Position numbers and translations under genes: made by a program. The notes under the pieces are model-generated. The model was given only the letters and a program-made list of their open reading frames with translations, searched no databases and was not told the origin of the DNA. From an uncultured Chloroflexia bacterium (GTDB taxonomy: Bacteria > Chloroflexota > Limnocylindria > QHBO01): 64,000 nt of DNA. This document shows, in pieces, positions 61,551-64,000 of this stretch (the stretch's first letter is position 1; each line of letters opens with the position of its first letter). The DNA lies in the NCBI GenBank assembly GCA_963699235.1, contig OY969424.1, forward strand, positions 1,914,964-1,978,963, read 5' to 3'.

Positions 61551-62450
61551 ATGACCTACAGCATCGTCTCCCGCGACCCTGCCACGGGGCGGTTTGGGAT
61601 CGCGGTGCAATCCCACTACCTCGGGGTCGGGCCGGTCGTGCCCTGGCTGGAGCCCGGAGTCGGGGCCGTCGCGACCCAGGCCCGGGTTGACATCAGCTTC
61701 GGGCCGATCGGACTCGAGCTGCTGCGGAACGGCCGCTCGGCGGAGAAGGTGTTGGCCGCCCTCCTGGCCAGCGACGAGACGCCGGAGGTTCGACAGGTGG
61801 GCGTCGTGGACACCGAGGGCCGGGCGGCCGCCTTCACCGGGTCGGAGACCATCCCCGCGGCTGGTCACTTCGTCGGCGAGGGCTTCACCGTCCAGGGCAA
61901 CCTCCTCGAACGGGACACCTGCTGGCCCGCCATGGCCCGTGCGTACGAGGCGGCGTTGGCGGAAGAGCTGCCCTTCAGCGAGCGGCTGCTCCGCACGCTC
62001 GAGGCCGCGGAGGCCGAGGGCGGGGACGTCCGCGGTCGTCAGAGCAGCGCGATCGTTATCGTCGAGGGCACGCTTCAGCCGAACTCGTGGAGGGGCCGCG
62101 TCCTCGACGCCCGGGTCGACGACCACCCGGACCCGGTGCCCGAGCTGCGGCGGATCGTGAACCTGTACGAGGCGTATGCCCTCTTCGATCCGGACGCGAC
62201 CGCGGAGCTCGGCGAGTCGCTCGACGAGGCGGCCGCATACGCCGAGGCCCGGCGCCGCGCGCCGGAGGCCATCGAGCTCGTGTTCTGGATGGGAATCGAG
62301 CACGCCAAGCGCGGGGAGCTCGACGAGGCCAAACGCGAGCTGGCCATCGCGTTCGCCGCCGATTCACGCTGGCGGACCACCCTCCAGCACCTCGGGGACG
62401 CCAGCCGCGAAGGGATGACCCCGAAGCTCGTCGGGGAGCTGCTCGGCTAG
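61551..62450 (+). CDS. DUF1028 family (Ntn-hydrolase-like) protein
   Basis: 299 aa. MTYSIVSRDPATGRFGIAVQSH (Thr2 after Met), GAVATQA, GRQSSAIVIV, plus a C-terminal helical extension. Confidence 0.85.
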   Translation: MTYSIVSRDPATGRFGIAVQSHYLGVGPVVPWLEPGVGAVATQARVDISFGPIGLELLRNGRSAEKVLAALLASDETPEVRQVGVVDTEGRAAAFTGSETIPAAGHFVGEGFTVQGNLLERDTCWPAMARAYEAALAEELPFSERLLRTLEAAEAEGGDVRGRQSSAIVIVEGTLQPNSWRGRVLDARVDDHPDPVPELRRIVNLYEAYALFDPDATAELGESLDEAAAYAEARRRAPEAIELVFWMGIEHAKRGELDEAKRELAIAFAADSRWRTTLQHLGDASREGMTPKLVGELLG

Positions 62451-62452
62451 GC

Positions 62453-63463
62453 CTACCAGTTGGTCGCGGTGGCGGCCACGTGCTCGCCGATGGACTCCAG
62501 CCAGCGCTCGGCGTCGATCGCGGCCTTGCAGCCGTCACCGGCGGCGGTCACCGCCTGGCGGTAGCGATGGTCGTGAACGTCGCCGGCCACGAAGACCCCT
62601 TCGATGTTGCTGCTCGTCTCTCCCGGCCCTCGCCCCGCGATCTCGCAGTAGCCCCGGGCGTCGAGGTCGAGCTGGCCCACGAACAGGTCGGTGTTCGGCT
62701 TGTAGCCGATGGCGATGAACAGGCCCTGGGCATCGAGCATCTCCTCGGACCCGTCCGCGGTGTCGCGCAGGCGGAGCTGGTCGACCGTGGTGTCGCCCAT
62801 GACCTCGGCCACCTCCCGGTTCCAGCGGATGTCGATCTTGGGGTGCTCGCGGGCGCGGTCCTGCATGATCTTCGAGCCGCGGAACTCGTCGCGGCGGACG
62901 AGCATCGTCACCTTGTTCGCGAACTTGGTGAGGAACAGGGCTTCCTCGAGGGCGGTGTCTCCACCACCCACCACCGCCACGTCACGGTCGCGGAAGAAGA
63001 ACCCGTCACAGGTCGCGCAGGCCGAGACGCCGCGTCCGCGGAACGTTTCCTCGCTGTCGAGCCCGAGCCATAGGGCGCTGGCCCCGGTGGCCACGATGAC
63101 CGCGTCGGCGAGGTACAGGTCGTCGCGAACCCACAGCTTGAACGGGCGTTCGGAGAAGTCCACCTTGGTGACGTCCTCCTCCAGCATGTGAGCGCCGAAG
63201 CGCTCCGCCTGGCGCCGGAAGAGGTCCATCAGCTCCGGACCGAGGATGCCGTCGGGGAAGCCGGGGTAGTTCTCGACGTCGGAGGTGATCATCAGCTGCC
63301 CGAGCGGGGCGTTGCCGGCGAACACGAGCGGCGCGAGGTTGGCGCGGGCCGCATAGAGCGCCGCGGTCAGCCCGGCCGGGCCGGAGCCGATGATGGCGAG
63401 CTTGGGATGGGAGAGGTCCACGGGCGGCGTCTGGCCGTTGGTGGGGGCAGTGCTGGCGGTCAT
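62453..63463 (-). CDS. trxB: thioredoxin-disulfide reductase
   Basis: ATG at 63463 gives 336 aa with FAD site IIGSGPAG, redox-active CATC (SACATCDG), NADPH site VVGGGDTA and GVFVAGD. Confidence 0.95.
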   Translation of the reverse strand: MTASTAPTNGQTPPVDLSHPKLAIIGSGPAGLTAALYAARANLAPLVFAGNAPLGQLMITSDVENYPGFPDGILGPELMDLFRRQAERFGAHMLEEDVTKVDFSERPFKLWVRDDLYLADAVIVATGASALWLGLDSEETFRGRGVSACATCDGFFFRDRDVAVVGGGDTALEEALFLTKFANKVTMLVRRDEFRGSKIMQDRAREHPKIDIRWNREVAEVMGDTTVDQLRLRDTADGSEEMLDAQGLFIAIGYKPNTDLFVGQLDLDARGYCEIAGRGPGETSSNIEGVFVAGDVHDHRYRQAVTAAGDGCKAAIDAERWLESIGEHVAATATNW

Positions 63464-63598
63464 ATCCTCGGGTCGCAGTCTAGCCCGCGCCACGTGCGCG
63501 GAACCGTCGTCAGCGTATCAGTAGTTGCGCAAGTACGCAAGTGCTTTCGGGCTCGAGGAGCGATGCCCGACGCGTGCGTCGGTACACTCATCGGACCG

Positions 63599-64000
<402 letters not shown>

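Overview
High-GC, gene-dense bacterial chromosomal segment with about 58 protein genes, 1 tRNA and 1 riboswitch candidate. No rRNA, CRISPR, transposase, integrase or phage genes were recognised. The gene content fits an Actinomycetota- or Chloroflexota-like genome: F420-type enzymes, MMPL, a GlgM-type GT4, LigD-type repair parts and a SAM-IV-like riboswitch. Left to right: a pentose-phosphate string (tkt-tal-pgi-gnd, minus strand); a zinc-ribbon protein; an HTH/acidic protein-pncA-membrane protein string; glgP; an M23 peptidase; a loose DNA-repair neighbourhood (stand-alone LigD polymerase, frameshifted ATP-dependent ligase, beta-CASP nuclease); DUF62 SAM hydrolase plus an ECF transporter; a cupredoxin-fused NirK facing a GAF-kinase/NarL two-component operon; a GT4-amidohydrolase-ABC-2 string; copA-YHS-esterase; a GGDEF cyclase facing an adenylate cyclase-FAH-DinB string; two tandem core-MetE-like genes; tRNA-Gly(UCC); assorted oxidoreductases; a 625-bp non-coding spacer; a 1674-aa repeat surface protein; CoA-transferase-MMPL; MFS-GDPD; trxB; ispG (partial). 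Many neighbouring genes overlap by 4 nt (ATGA/GTGA), implying translational coupling. Most notable: (1) the giant surface protein, which contains 3.84 perfectly identical 393-bp tandem copies; (2) a SAM-I/SAM-IV-clan riboswitch candidate in front of the paired core-MetE-like genes; (3) a structured 625-bp spacer with its own promoter-like and terminator-like signals; (4) three reading-frame anomalies: copA has no in-frame stop, and the ligase and DinB genes are frameshifted. All calls come from reading the sequence and ORF translations only; no database search was run.
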